Of a stretch of 64,000 nucleotides of DNA, positions 1 to 17,900 are shown piece by piece; positions within the stretch are counted from its first letter, which is position 1, and each line of letters opens with the position of its first letter. Where the stretch lies: assembly GCF_964355755.1 (NCBI RefSeq), contig NC_092678.1, positions 24,259,365 through 24,323,364 of the forward strand, written 5' to 3'. Below the pieces are notes generated by a model, which did no database searches, was not told the origin of the DNA, and saw only the letters and a list, made by a program, of their open reading frames with translations. This stretch comes from Antedon mediterranea (taxonomy: Eukaryota > Animalia > Echinodermata). Both the position numbers and the translations under genes were made by a program.

Positions 1-325
1 ATTACTTGCTGGAGTAAGAGCAGTTTTCTGTTTGGGCTCATGCCTATTACTTGCTGGAGTAAGAGCAGTTTTCTGTTTGGGCTCATGCCTATTACTTGCT
101 GGAGTAAGAGCAGTTTTCTGTTTGGGCTCATGCCTATTACTTGATGGAGTAAGAGCAGTTTTCTGTTTGGGCTCATGCCTATTACTTGCTGGAGTAAGAG
201 CAGTTTTCTGTTTGGGCTCATGCCTATTACTTGCTGGAGTAAGAGCAGTTTTCTGTTTGGGCTCATGCCTGTTACTTGCTGGAGTAAGAGCAGTTTTTCT
301 GTTTGGGCTCATGCCTATTACTTGT
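1..325. repeat. 45-bp intronic minisatellite (ATTACTTGCTGGAGTAAGAGCAGTTTTCTGTTTGGGCTCATGCCT)n, runs off the left window edge
   Basis: About 7 near-identical units seen directly (period 45: positions 1, 46, 91...). The same unit occurs at 34733-35208 and 41432-41635. Confidence 0.97.
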
Positions 326-731
326 TCCTGGCAAGATGAAATGTAAATCATACTTTTTAAGAGCTTTTGCTGAATAAATATTATTATTATTTACGCTGTC
401 ACTCCTCACTTCATAGTAGAGTATTTAAGAGGATAAAGTCTCCCTTGCTCTTGAAATATTTTCCGTCATTCAGACATTATGCTTTCCACGATTTGTTTCC
501 ATATTTTTCTGTTTTTGGCAGGATGGTTTGTTATTGTGCTAAAGTCTAGATTTTTTCCTTTTAAATCTTCTTTTATTTGTTTTATCCAGTTTTCTTGGTG
601 GTCTTTTTACTTTCTTGTTAGTTTCCTTCTTTGCTTGTTTAATTGATGTATCATCAAGTAATCATCTTCATTTAATTCTTTTACTTCATTCTTCATTTTT
701 TTTAATGAATGTTTTCTTCTTTTTTTTTTAG

Positions 732-3112
<2,381 letters not shown>

Positions 3113-5039
3113 AAATGTTCCTGGAACGTAATGTGTGTGTTATGTGTGTGTGTACTCTTAGGTTCGAATGAATACCATTATAACCACTAACCTGTTCAGG
3201 GATCTACCAGAGAGAGAATCAAATGTACTATAATTTTACAAAATAAGCCTTGGAAGAAATACCACCTGGTAACTTGAATATGTTGTATAAACTGGGGTGG
3301 AGGGAAGACAGTGTTTTGTTTATTCAATCAACAAGCTTTATGTGAGCTTGCAATGTAGAATATTTATCTATTTTTATACATTTTTTAGGTTCGTGGTAAT
3401 TTTAAAACTATTTGGATTCAGGAAATAATCAGGGTTACATAATGTAGTAAAGATTTTTTTTCATTATTAGAATAATTTTCTTTTTATAAAAAACAGTAAC
3501 AGCCGAACAAGTTAAGTGGAATACAGTACATTTTTACTATAATTGATCTAATGTACATTTTTAATGTAAATATCAGGGTTGTAAAGTACTTTTAATTATA
3601 GTAGTAAGTTACTTTTTAATTATTACTGTACAATAACTTTCTTTTTTTTACAAAAAACAGCCGAACAAGATGAGTGTAATACAGTACATTTTTAGAATGA
3701 TTTGTTCTTTTGTACATATTTTTTTTACTGTATAAATATAAGGGGTGCAAAGTACTTTATAGTATAATTTCTCTTTGGCCAAAAACAGTAAGTCAAACAA
3801 GAAAAATGTGTGTAATGCATTCAAGTTTTAGATTGATTTTATAATCTACACATGTACATGTGTTGCAATATATAGAAAGAAATAAAAAATAACTACAGTA
3901 TAATATTATAAACTGCAGAAAAATTTGAAAATATTTTATTTTTTTAGTGTTATTTGTTTTTATTTATTCAAATGTCTGCCATAAACAGGCAATCTTTCAC
4001 ATCTTTATTAGATGACAATTTCAATAAAACATTTTTTGAATGACAATTGTGTATAATTTTAACAATATTTTTCTTTTTTAGTTATCTGCACCTCTAAAAC
4101 GTGTAAACATAACATTTTGTAACTTTGTCAACATTTATGTGAAGTTGTGCACCTCCTGTTTTTAAATGACATCAAAGTTGCGCAACGTGACTTGGGCGCA
4201 ATTTTATGAATAAAATTGATTGATCATAGATTAAAAGTCATTTTGCATTAATACTTGGTGAAAATTTAATTCATATGAAGGGTCAACTTTCTGTGGAGTA
4301 AAAATGGTGTTTTCCAAACAAAGTTACACATGCACGCACATTTAAAGTTTTAAATTGCACAAAATTAATTTCTATACATTTCAGGACAATTTTGTACATT
4401 ACGAAAATTTTCAATTTGTTTTGCATTGCGCACACGCACACTTGCGTACAGCTCGTACATAGCATAGAAAGACAGTTTTTGCAATAGATTTTTGTTCTTC
4501 ATACCTTCTATGATAAATTTCATTCATTTTTATGAATTTGACTTGCAGAATGATGACGCACGTGCATGTTAAAGTTTAAAAACTAAAAAAATTATGCTTA
4601 AAAATTGCTATTTAATGCACATTTATGAAAAAATATGCCTATTTTAAATATATTATAGCGCTTCAGGAAGACCGTTGACCAACCATTTTTTCAACTTATT
4701 TTGAAAGCTAATGAGTTGTAGATATGAATTCATGTAATTTTGTTGCTTGATAAGTTGTCTGACGTCATCATATGGCCATTCAAATAAAAAATTATGAATT
4801 TTTGTCTCATTTAATCATCGCATTTAATAGAACGCATCTTGCTTATTCGTATTCTATTTTCCCCCAGTTTAAAAACTTTTCTAGGTTAATTAATTATCTT
4901 TTGCATGAGTTACAACTATTTTAATTTGTATGACATCATCACATCAAAAAAATCTCATTTTCATCTTTACAGTAAATTTCAATATGTCAAAATAAAAAGT
5001 GATACTCATGATTAACACGTTTTCTGTAAACATTTTGCC

Positions 5040-5325
5040 AATTGGATGTTGTGACAACATCATATCGAGGTTCGAATCCAACTCTCGCCGCGTAATTGCT
5101 TGTATCCTTAGGGAAGATCTACTTTACTTACGTTTGCCTCTCTCCACCCAGGTGTATAAAATATGTACCTGGTTAGATCAAGAAACAACTTTGCGCTCAT
5201 GATTACTAGCTGCATTCTGGGAGTATGTTTTTACTTGTGTGTTTGATCCAAAAAAATGACTGGGGTAATAATGTTCAGCGCATTGAGAGCTTGCTTATAT
5301 GCGCTATATAAGAATGGACTATTAA
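5040..5325 (+). mobile_element. Degenerate tRNA-derived SINE with an L2-type tail
   Basis: B-box-like GGTTCGAATCC at ~5070, CORE-like CTCTCCACCCAGGTGTATAAA, and tail AGCGCATTGAG...GCGCTATATAAGAA. Confidence 0.55.
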
Positions 5326-6394
5326 ATATTATATGGCCATTCCATAACATTAAAGGTCGAATTTTCAGATTTTGCGTCATAGTTCATCACATTTAAAACA
5401 GCGCGCATCTCCACTATGTATTAGGATTTTTTCAAAATTTTAATATGTTGTTGCTAAAACAAATATCTTCTGAAATTGTTATCTTCAATTGTTGTTTGAT
5501 TTTGATGACATCATCATGTTAAAAATTTGATTAAAAGTGGGTCCAGTAATTTCAACTACACTACACTGTATGTATAGTATGTATACAGTATTATACTGTA
5601 TATACTATATTGGTACAAACTAGACAGAATTTAGCACCAACAACTGGTCATAGTGCATTTTCTAGTGTACGTCCACATGGTGTTGTTGTGCAGATAACTA
5701 ATTTGTCAAAGTGACAAGTTTAAATCTAGTTTCTAAATTATTATTCATATTATTTATATTATTGTCATTATTTTTTTTAAAAATTAATAATATTTATAAA
5801 TAATATTTTGAATTGAATGGAAATTGTTCAGTGGTTCATGACCGTGTTGGTTATTTTTAGTATCATTTACTTACTGATAACTCGACTTCGGTGATTGGAC
5901 AATTAATATTCAACTCTCCTGTGATTGGTGACTCTGCAATTGCATAAATTACAGTGCTACTATTTCGCGCGGGAAGTCATTTGGTGCGTCGTGTGAGGAG
6001 AGAGCGGTGATTGTTTTTAAAGGAAAAGACTAGCCTAGATAGGAGGCCTAGCCTAGAAAGTACGTAAAAACATATACTACTGTAAGTTAGAGAATACAGC
6101 AATCATTAATATCATTAGATATGCATGTTAATTGTTTTGGTAAATCATTCAATTATTACTTTAAAAAGCACGACTCTTAGAACCCTGCCCCTACTCCTGG
6201 GCCCCTACCTAGCTAGCTAGAGGGCCCTAGTAGTCTAGGCCTAGCTAGGCTAGTAGGCCTAGCCTAAAGACTTAGGCCTAGGCTAGTAGTAGGCTAGTAC
6301 TCGTATCGTAGCTACCAGATCCAGGCTATCCTAGCTAGGCCCTAGTAAGTATATTTATAAATTATTAATATCAAATAGTATAGGCCTAGGCCTA

Positions 6395-6984
6395 CATGGT
6401 TTTTATTAAGTTTTATTTTTAACCTGATAGGCCTAGTTAGGGCCTAGGCCTAGTAAATTAACACCTATCAGGCTATGCTACACACACACAAATATAGTGT
6501 AGCCTGGCCCTGGGCTATAATAAATATTTTTGCAGGCCTAGACTGATTGATGCACCAGGATGGTGGCATGTCAGTCGAGGTCACAACGTCTCTGCATTTT
6601 CTATCAGACCAGGATCTGGGATCAGGAAAATTATTGTATTTTAAATTTTTTCCTGCAATAAAATTGTCACTGCGCAATGATTGATTAGGTCGATCATCTT
6701 TACTGACCAAATAGTATGCATGGCTTTTATTAAGTTTTATTTTTAACCTGATAGGCCTAGTAAATTAACACCTATCAGGCGATGCTACACACACAAATAT
6801 AGTGTAGAATGGGCTATAATAAATATTTTTGCAGACCTGGACTGATTGATGCACCAGGATGGTGGCATGTCAGTCGAGGTCACTACGTCTCTGCCTCTTC
6901 TACCAGACCAGGATCTGGGATCAGGAAAATTATTGTATTATTGTATCACTGCGCAATGATTGATTAGGTCGATCATCTTTACTG
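6395..6984. repeat. Local tandem duplication (~320-bp period)
   Basis: 6395-6718 and 6719-6984 align (CATGG.TTTTATTAAGTTTT...CAGGATCTGGGATCAGG...GATCATCTTTACTG) with small indels. Confidence 0.85.
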
Positions 6985-7740
6985 TGTAGTCTATTGATTT
7001 TTACAGCGTGTGGTGACACAGTGCTGGTTTTCTAATGGAATTATCCTTAGCCACAGTTCCTGCTAGGCCCTGGGTACGGTACTTAGTAATAGTAGTAGGC
7101 AGTCAGTTTCTTCTGAGCATTCAATTTTGACAGGCTCAAAAGATCTGACAATTGACATGTCTATTAATTATTTTAAAGTATGGTCATTCTATCAAACATC
7201 TATATATAAATTATAGTTAATTCTGACATAGGCAAATACAATGGAAAATCTCTGCCTTGGCTACCTACCTGATCTATCTCAGATGTACCACGAAACGTAG
7301 AGTGATAACATTAGTGTTCAGTACTACGCTATTGTTCAAACAAATTTTAGCATTTCCTTTCGAAATGTGTGGATATCACAAGGTAATTTTCACACACTCG
7401 CGCTGTTCAACTGGCTTCCGTGTCCCGTGACTTCCCGCAAAATGACAGTTTGTGGCGACATTCAATGTTTTTTATTCGTCGATAAGTCTAGAAAATACAA
7501 ATACATGGCAAAATGAATAACTCTTGATATAATTTGAATTATGAAATAGGGAGGCTGAAATGACACTGACAGGCTTTTACTTTACGTCCTAATTACAATT
7601 TGATTTTAGTTAGTAACAATTAATTAGTAATTTATTTAATTATTGAAGGCCTTTACTTTTACGTAAACTAAAATGTGATTTTAGTGATTCAATTGATCGT
7701 GAACTACTAAATGCAATATTAATTTGTTATAGATATAATT

Positions 7741-9695
7741 TTCATTCATTTATCTTTTTATTTCGGAATATCATGGTGACATAATATAAAATCCATAGCA
7801 AAAGAGAGAAAAATAAAAATCTTAATCTAACAGCTCATAGAACAAAAACAAAGATATGTAAATAAATAAAGTCAATGCAACAAAGCATTCCATTGTATGT
7901 GCATTCTTGACACATTAAGAACGTGGCGATTAATGGCCATGATCAAGGAATTACTACCTTGCGTTCACACGATTTTTAAAACTAAAAACAGATTTTCTAA
8001 TGAACTCATCAAAGGATGGGACGTCATTTAAGACAAACATCATGCTTGCACTACAATGTCTAGGCTGCTTCTGCAGCAGACGTAAGGCATTGTTATAACA
8101 TACTTTCAGTGATCTCAGAGTGCTCTTATTATATCTACACCATAAGGTTGAACAGTACATGCTGACACAGTAACTCTTAAATAGATAACATTTAGTCTTA
8201 GTTGAACATTTTCCAAACTTTCTATTTAGAGAGTTGGCCCTAATGCAGATCGATATTGACGTTTGATGTCACCTTCATCACTCAGGTTATTACTGATCAC
8301 ATGACCAAGATAGGTTATTGAATTATCAACGATTAGAGGTGCCCCATTTAAGGTAATATGTGGAACACCTTTGAGGTTGCGGACTTTCGGGCAAAATAGC
8401 AAGCATTTGGATTTGGTTTCATTAAAAGTAATATCATGGTCACTAGCAAAACCTTCACAGAGTCCAATTAGGCTTTGTAAGTCAGTCACTGACGGAGCCA
8501 AAAGGACCAAGTCATCGGCAAAGCTTAGGCAATTCAGTTTAAGACTGTTAATTTCACAACCTTCTTTTGACTATAGTCAGTTCAACAGTTAACGGATCAG
8601 TGTACACATTGTAAAGTAGAGGGGACATAACGCCTCCCTGGCGAACCCCATTACGAACAGTGAAAGAATCGGAAACGGAACTTCCCCACCTGACAACAAA
8701 TTCCTGATTCCTATACCATGACCTCAGTATCTTAACTACAGGTGAAGGGGTACCTCTATCAATTAGGGTCTTGAAAAGTGTCCAGTGGTTCACTTTATCA
8801 AAGGCTTTGCTAGCGTCCAAGAAACAGCAGCAATAAACTGGGCTACCATGATTGTTGTAATGCTTGATAATCTGTTTAAGAGCAAATATACACAATTCGG
8901 TTGAGTGACCAGATTTGAAGGCAAACTGGTTGTCATGGGAGTCCAGTGAATTACCACAATGTTGTATCATTACAGACTCTAGAAGTTTAGAAGCTACACA
9001 CGCCAAAGCTATTGGCCGATAATTCCCTTTATCAGTGATATTCCCTGATTTAGATTTAATTACCGGCACAAGCGTGACTTTTGTGAGATTACTTGGAACA
9101 AACCCGTGAACAAACATAGCCTTAAAACATACACTTAAAATAATACTAAGTCGCTCAGAAGCGAATTTGAAATGCTCATTGCATAGACCATCATATCCCG
9201 CTGCTTTAGCATTGGGCAATTTATCAATTAATATCTTAATATGATGAGGTGAAACATCAATTTCACCGTCTGTACAGTCTTCAAGAGTTTCATTAACAAC
9301 AGTCTTATGCTCAGATGAGTCAATACTATTAAATAAATCGGAGAAATGTTGACGCCATAGGTCACAAATGTCATTTTTCCCCCTTAGCACTACCAATAAT
9401 GTTAGACTGGGAATTGGCGTAGCTGGATTTCTTAACCTTACCCCAGAAACTATTATAGTCCTTATCGTCAAAAGACTTGGCCATCGAGTCCGCCCTTAGC
9501 ATTTCTTCGTTGGATTTACACTTTCTGAGGGCATTTTTAAAATTAGATCTAGTGATTTTCATGTGTTCATAGATGTGGCCATATCTGGGTTTACCCAACC
9601 CACGCCACTTCAAAAATGCTTCCCGGGCATGTTTATGAAATCCAGCTACTCGGTTATTCCACCCAGGGACAACATTGACTTTTTGATTTTTAGTC
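7741..9695 (-). mobile_element. 5'-truncated, frameshifted non-LTR retrotransposon (RTE-X-like) reverse transcriptase
   Basis: Minus ORFs 9371-9613, 8554-9471, 8226-8510 and 7954-8160 carry NYRPIAL, FLDASKAFDKV, GVRQGGVMSPLLYNVY, FADDLVLLAPS and YLG. The 3' end reads CCGAAATAAA..(TGAA)n. The clade assignment is inference. Confidence 0.9.
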
Positions 9696-10355
9696 GACTA
9701 AATATAACTAATCAACTAATCAATTATATTGATTAAAGGCATTTACTTTACGTGAACTACAATTTGTTATAGTAATTTAACTATTGTTGAAGGCTTTTTT
9801 TAACTTTTACGTGAACTACAATGTTATTTAGTGATTCAACTGAATCATGGACTACAATTTATTGTTTTAGATATTCAACTAATCAATTATAAAGGTCTTT
9901 ACTTTACGTGAAATACAATTTGTTTTAGTAATTAAATTAATTATTTATGCTATTTATTAATCACTGAATCAAATTTAGGTGCGATTCAATGTTACTATAG
10001 GAGTCAGTCATATGGGTTTCACCCGAGCCTCAATTTCCAGCGGCGTTGGTCATGTTTTCGAGAACCATTCGGGTACACCCACTAGAGGGTGCACGAGCGA
10101 ACCCTCTAGTTCTTTAAATTTTCTTAGCTCTTATGGTGAGGGCTGCAGTGTACTCTATTTTTCAAAATTGTCTTACAGTAGGTCAGGCCCAGGGGGAGGG
10201 GGGTTGATCATGAGGGTTAGTTCCTCATTTACAATTTTCGCACCTCCCCAGACAGCATCATATTTATCCTCAATGTTTAAGTTTAATGACTCCCTCCACC
10301 CCAAATGCACCCGTAGCCAAAGTTGTAAAACATTAATTACACCAAATTGGAAAAT

Positions 10356-11980
10356 GACCATGGTGGGCAGAGGTCCTAGAGACTCTTATACATTTTTATT
10401 TCAACTTAAGTGCCATCGAGCAGCTCTATTTTTCAAAATTTCTCAGCCCCAACCATTGTGAGCTGAGGTCCTGGAGACACTTAATAATAATATATATTTT
10501 ATTTCCTATTTTAAGTGTTTTAGTGTTGGTGTCATTCGCAATTATCATTTTTGCACCCCAGATATTGGGAATTTTTAGTATTAGTTATTACAAACAAAAC
10601 TAAAAATATACATTTTGAATGACATGGGGATACAATTTTAGGCCCTATTTTGTGTCAGTTGGGGTTTTACAGACGTTTTTTAGACATGCAACCGTTGGTG
10701 GTGCTGTTTTTGGGGATTTGGCATTATTTTCTCCCAATTTATTTGAGACAGGCTACGGCATAATTAAATTTTATCGCTGGCAACGCTGGTATCCGATAAT
10801 CACATGGCACAGTTTATGTTTTGAGGCACAGTGCAGTCAAGTTGTGGTGAAAAAAATTTGCTTTTTAACACTGTTGTACGTACTAGCTAGCAATAAATAT
10901 CTAACTATCGTGATTGATAATAGTTAAGACACTTTTATGTGGTACTGTATTGTGATTTAATTTCATGTTAGCCAACAGTTAATTTGACATTTTACGTTAG
11001 CCTATCTACAACTAAAATAATGGCGGCGCCAAGAGTGCAAATATTGCATCGTCACCGCACTGCTACGTTATGCCAGTTTATGAATGAAGAGACCTAGTAG
11101 GGTTTGTGCAGGGACCATTTTTAGCTAATAAAATGTATTTTATCTGCAGCCTTGTTGAATGAATTATATTTTAAATATGTGGCGAACATATTTACAACAC
11201 CTTGGGGCTTTTTTCATCGCAATGTGGTTTGCCTTTTGTTGTACATGTATGCTTTGACACAACTGAAATATTACATGTTTTTTTTTATAGATTTTCAAGA
11301 AAATAACCATGTCCGAGTTAAAGTAAGTATACATACTATACTGTGAGTTCTATTTGAAATGTTCTTCTATGTCAAGAAAACTGCCTTACATCTGCTTGTT
11401 GGGCATTTCTGTAAACTGAAAACAATAAATACTGTATTTATTGAAAATTTAAGTGAATAATTTTCTCATGAATTGTTATAACGATAATATCAGCTTCTTG
11501 TTGACTAATATGTACATAGCATCAAGGTTTATCCAATATTTCTGTTATACTGGACTACGTGATCTATTCTTTTAAATTAAAGACTATTGACCAATAACAT
11601 TTTCTACAATTTACCAGATTTCTGAGAACAAAATGTTCAAAGGTAATTTTTCATTGCAACCCTCTATTTTTCCCACATTTTCACTTACATTTGTATTAAA
11701 ATTGATTTCTGTGTAGTGTTCTGAACTTTCTATAACAATAACCTTACCTCTCTGCTTGTGTGAGTTTGCATCATTCTGCCTTCAAAATCTAATCATTGTG
11801 ACATTTGTTAATGCACCATTTCATGATATAAAATGTAATACCCAAATATTTATTTCAACTTTTTATAAAGTATAAATACAAAATAATGAATTTTTGTTTG
11901 TGTGTTAAATGGGTAAAAACCACCTTCATACTTTTTGGATATGTACTTGTTTTTTAACATCAACCCGCACGGTCCCTTTC
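10356..11980 (+). repeat. Segmental repeat A (putative promoter and first coding exon region), paralogous to ~20089-21770
   Basis: Near-identical over ~1.1 kb from TGACCATGGTGGGCAGAGG onward, then progressively more indel-rich. Confidence 0.9.
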
Positions 11981-14900
11981 TGCCTTAATATGTGGTTGTT
12001 ATTATACTTGGCATGGGAAAGTATTAATAAAAGCGCACTCTGATAAAAGTACTTAAGTACTTTAACTTAAGTACTTAAGTAATTATATTAAAATAAAAAC
12101 AAATTGTATCACAAATAAAATTCGGAACTACTGTATTTACGGCCATTGATTTTTCTATACACTATCCCTTCACTATGTAGGCTAAAAAATGAAAGCAATA
12201 GTGGATATGGAACTTTAGACTTTACTTTGACTGTTCAAACGCCTTTACGAAAATAAAAGACGCTAAAGAAAATTGTGCTGTGTGAATTAAATGATGCCCG
12301 CAAACTAACAAAAGTATAAAATGCCAAACTATATTATTTTGGATGTTTTTCGTGATGTATTAATTACTCGATACATTGAGATAAAATGAAAAAGTGGACA
12401 AAAATCAAATGAAAAACACATTGCTGCATAAACACGAATTGTTAAGTTCATTCATTATATTTATTTGCATATTATTTTCACTGGTTTTGATATTTTGTAT
12501 TTTTTATGGGAGATTGGTTACCTTCTTTCTACTTTTGTAATTAAATTGTGGTCTAGAAGTAAACCGTACTCCGCACGGTTTGTCTGTCTTAATAAAAGTG
12601 CACTCTTCCCGGCCCCTGATAAATTATTGTCGATAATACAATTCGGAACAATTTACGGCCATTGATTTTGTTATACATGACACCCCGTTTGGATTCGTTT
12701 TATTTGTGTTTTTTTGTTTTTTTTTTTCATTTACATTTTTTTTAATTTCATGGTTTATTATATTTTGCAATTTGTTATGGGTGAGGTTTCGTATCTCTTT
12801 TGCTAGTTTTGTAAATTATATTGTGGTCTAATTTTGTATTTTTATATCTTTAGGCATGTCGCAGATTCGAACTCGAACGTACTAAACATTGATATCCATG
12901 GTCACAGTGATTTACTCACTGAGCCAAACCGTGATTTACAAAAATCATTCTATTAAAACAATAAGTGTAATTAACTTCAACGACGCGATCATTCGGTTGA
13001 CTAAAGACTGGTGTTTTGACGGCCTGGCATGGTATTTGTAGATCCGGCCATGGCAGTACACAAACAGGAGGTTGCGTAGTTTATACATTGACGTAACACG
13101 GCCGTTGAGTCATCAAATTACTGCTATTTTTTGCCTTTTTTAGTGTGACATAGCCTATCATGTGCGGCCCATCAATAAACATCAGTTTGTCAAATGTGAG
13201 CACGTACCGTTCAGTGGTTTATATATAGATATGTAGTGCCCTTGAACATTCTGTTCCCTGCATCAGCTATGCTGCTGTCAACTCTTTCAAAATTAAATTT
13301 CCCAAATATTTGACTCTCAACCAAAATCAGAATATTCCTCCAAAATTCTTTCCAACTTTTAAAATTGCATTTAGTTAGGTAGTTTAGGTTAGCCCAAGAT
13401 TCTCTAGTTTTTAGAAGATTTTTTTTTTCGTAACAACTTACAAGTGCATAGGCCTAATTTATTTTTTTTTGGTTTATATTTCATTCCCTGTTTTTGTTTT
13501 ACTTCATTTATTTTTCTATGTAACATGTGCATAGAATATGATTATTGCATTGCAACAATACAGTGAAAAATAATAAACTGCATTATATATACTTTATTGT
13601 TTTTACTTTATCCATTTTTTTTGTCTATTTTCTCAAAATTTTTTGTTCTAAATCCTTTATTTCTAAATCCTAAATTGTAATCCTTGTTGTTATCTACTGT
13701 AGATAAAGTGAGTGCGTGGCCGAGCGGTTAAGATAGTGGAACCGTATAAATTACGTAGCCATAACATCGGCAAGCGTTCAAGGCTCACTCGCTCCATGGT
13801 TCTGGTCGTAGAACAAGTCTTCTCGGATAAGGACTATAAACCATAGGTCCAGTGTACACATCTGGCTCATGTGCACTTTAAAGAACCTAGTACATCTTTC
13901 GAGACAAGTAGGGGGTCACCCCGGTGTACTAGTTCACACACAGCCACTGTCTGTCACAAACTCATCATATATATACACTATCTGGGAGAATAAATATAAA
14001 TAAATAAAAGAGTTAACCACAAATTTGGAGTTATTTGTCTAATAGAAATGAGGCTGCAAACAACATCTCCACAGCCATCACATGAACTACTGACATCACC
14101 AGCCAAACAACATCGCATCATTTTTATTAGAATCTTAGTATTAGACTTATGATACAAAGTTAGCTCATGTGATAACAAGAAAACTGCTATGTAATAATTA
14201 TGTGGCATAATAATTATTTAACGTGCAAATCTCAATAAATAAAAATCAAACTAAACCAATAAAAATTGTTATCTAAAATGATAGTAATGACATTTATAGT
14301 CTTTTGTTTTTAAAGCGTTGTGCTACCTACGGCTGAAAGAAGTTCAGATCAACAAATTACTTCAAGAATAGCTGGATGTACAGGTACTTATTGAACATCT
14401 GTGCTTAGTTCATGAGTTTATTTTTAATGGTGTTTAAGAGAATACACTATATTATATCTACTTTGAATTTCTTCAATTGTTAAGGCAAGTACAACTATTG
14501 TATACATTTATTATAGCTGTTCGATGCAGAGCAGACTTCTTGCATGAAGTTGATATATCAATATCAACATGTTCCATACAGCCAAGTTTTGAATTAAAGG
14601 TGATTAGGCAGCAGCAACCTGCTAAAGTGACTAAGCAGCAGCAACCTGCTAAAGTGACTAGTCAGCAGCAACCTGCTAAAAAGAAAAGTGCCATACAAAA
14701 GAATAAAAACAAGACCAAACGAGCATATTTGGCATCTAGTCGAATCAGAAATAGCCCAGGTGTGTCTTGTTTTTTTTAAATCATATTTTTCATCTTGGTA
14801 TCTGTCTCCTTGGCTGGTTATGATCTGGCCTCCATGCTGTTTCATGCTGTATTCACTGTCTCCTTCTTTTTACCAATACTATATTCACAGTCACAAAAAA

Positions 14901-17900
14901 TAACCAAATGCTATTTTTCCTTTTTAGGAATAAGATGTACGCCTGGAAGACAAGCGGTAAATACAAATTTATATTACATAGCCTATGTAAATACGTGAAC
15001 GTGATTGGTTGAAACTGCATCACATGACTACCGCTGTGAGGATCGTAAATCGTATATATATCCTCGAGTACGATGATTTTGATTGAGTAATTTTCGCGTA
15101 ATTATCGTGTCCCTGTCATTAAACATATAAAATCCAGCAAATTCTCGAGTACGATGATATTGACTGTGTAATTTTCGTGTGGCAACACTCGCGTTTGGCG
15201 ATAAATAAACAAAAGTCATCTACCGTATTTTCCGGAGTATAGGTCAAGACTTTGTGGGAAAATTTTAATTGCAAAATCCGGGGGTCGACTATACTCCGAC
15301 CATGGAGTTTTGAAAAAATCAGGCCGAAAAAATATGTTAAAAATAAAATAAAATAAAATTGCTTTCAAACATCTAAAGTTATTCCTATCTTTAAATCAGG
15401 CAAAAGAAATTACCTAAACAACTACAAGCCTATCTCTATCCTTCCCCTTTGCTCTAAAATTATTGAAAAATCTATTTCCCAACAAATCTATTCTTACCTT
15501 GACTCTAATAACTTAATATCTACCTCCTAATCTGGATTTCGTCCCCAACATTCTACCCTTACTGCTCTCACCAAAACATATGATAACTGGCTTCACAATA
15601 TCAATAATAAGAAACTTACTGGCACTATCTTTATCGATCTCAAAAAAGCTTTTGACACTATTGACTATAATATTCTTGCTAAATTACCCTACTATGGATT
15701 TTCTCCTCCAACTATCTCTTGGCTCCGATCTTATCTTTCTAATCGCTCTCAACAAGTTCTTTTTGAAAAAAAATCTTTCTTCCTCTGGTTTTCTTTCTAC
15801 TGGAGTTCCTCAAGGCTCAACTCTTGGTCCTCTTCTCTTTTCCATCTACATTAACGACCTTTCATCTTCTCTAATCTCTAATAGCTCTAATCTACATGTT
15901 GACATGTATGCTGATGATACCATCATCTACTATTCTAACTCCTCTTCTAAACTAATTGAACAGAATCTTAATAATGCTCTAATTCATTTCTCTACCTGGC
16001 TAAAATCTAACAGACTAACACTCAATATCTCAAAAACTAAATCCATGCTCATTGGCTCTTCTCAAAAACTTAAATCTAACTCTATCACCCACCGTTCTTG
16101 TTCATACAAAGGGAAGTGTTCCAATTCCTCTCGTATTTTCTCTATTTTGCCCATAAAGTAAGATATGAAGTCGTCTGCTAACTGTTTATCAGTTTCATGT
16201 GGTGGAAGTGGGTTATTTTTACGTCTACCAATGAGCTCAAACACGATCTTGTAAAGCTTTTTTGAGTTGTTGCCAGCTTCTTTGATAGCACCCTTAATGA
16301 ATTCGTACTTGGCTAAACGAAGATAACGTTTGTATGAATTGCGTAGATCATTGTAAGCTGACCTATTTTCGTCGGTGGCAGACTTCCGTAAGGTCTTCTC
16401 AGCACGACGAAGTTGCTTCTTCAACACATTAGCCTCGTCATCAAACCAAGGTAACAATCTTCTGACAGTGGTAGTTTTCTCAACAATAGGAGCATGCTTA
16501 TCCAGAGGAGCAAGTAGTTGAGTGTTGTAGTGATTTGCCAAATCGTCTATCATCGATATTCGTTGATGATATAACTACTTGAGACAAAGCTTCATCAAAG
16601 TTTGTGTGATCTATTTTATTTATCTTTCGAAACTTTTTCTTTTGACGGTAACATTTCGGTTTTGGTTTCGATAAAATAGTCTCTACAAAACAATGGTCAC
16701 TGATGTAATAATTTGAAGCGGGCTCGGTAACACAAAGAGTGTCCTTACCCCTCGTTATTAGCAAATCAAGAGTATTTCCCGAACGATGTGTTGGGAAAGA
16801 CACGTGTTGATCAAGATTTAAACACTCAAGTACATCGTGGAATTTTATTTTATCCGGGTCATTGCTGCTGTTCATATGAATGTTGAAGTCACCCGAAAAT
16901 ATTACAGAACTATGTAACGATAGAATATCCGAAGCATATTCTGCGAATTCATCATAGAAGGTGGCAGTACTAATGGGTCTGACGGTGGAGTAAGGCGGGC
17001 GATAGATGACAACGAATGTGGTGTGTAGGGTTGTGTCCACGAAATTCCATTCGGAAAATTCAAAAGACGATTTTGCGCCTGAATTAAGTTGATTGACATT
17101 TAGACAATCCTGTAATATAATTCCTGTTCCTCCTCCGCGTCTGTCTATGCGATGTTTATCAAGAAATGTATAGCCACATGTGTTGAGGTCTGCCCTGTGT
17201 GCATCATCATTCTCCAATAACCACGTCTCAGTGACCGTACAAATATCGTAATCGTTTATTGTGATGTGATGTATAAATTCACCAATCTTGTTGCGGATGG
17301 ACTGCGTATTCACTGTAGCGAAAGACAGATGTGGATCTCGGGTGTAATCCGTAATAGAACGCGAAAGATACCTTAAATGTTCAAAGTGAATACCGGTATT
17401 TGTGTAGTCCGAATTGATCATTTGAATTCGGCTTGTTTGATTGAACGGTCTATTTCCAATAATAACGGGGCATGAGTTTTGAAGATTACATGTGTAAACA
17501 TCACAACTGGGTGGCCTCCTACTGTTCTTCCCTCCTCGTTTTCCTCGGCGACGGCGAAACCATTTCTTCTTTAATAGAACTGAATTGTTGAATGCTATAA
17601 TCTTGTTTATAATAATATCCGAGTATTGATTTTGGTTTGTAGTTTGATAACGTAGCGATAGTAGTTCAGCTTTAGAATAGCTAAGCTTGTTTTCGCGAAC
17701 AATGGAACGATACACATGCGCCATATTCAACTGACCGTAACCGCTGTGTTGTTGGTTAGCTCGTTCCTGTGGTGCAGCTAACACACTGGCCTTACTTAGG
17801 CCTACAAAAATTATCACTTGAAAAACCACAATATTAAACAAACTGCATAACATAACGGATCTCTGTCACTTCGAATGTTGTATTCTTGTAAAATCAATGA

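Noticed and set aside
10619-10927. 102-aa ORF conserved in two copies (also 20352-20660)
   Set aside because: Conservation is explained by recent duplication; there is no recognisable domain or splice context.
11619-11642. Extra micro-exon in module A
   Set aside because: The acceptor is lost in the paralogous region (~21355) and it is not needed for phase continuity.
13708-13800. tRNA gene
   Set aside because: It has A/B boxes but no proper cloverleaf and continues into SINE body sequence. 27265-27335 is likewise a decayed tRNA-like head.
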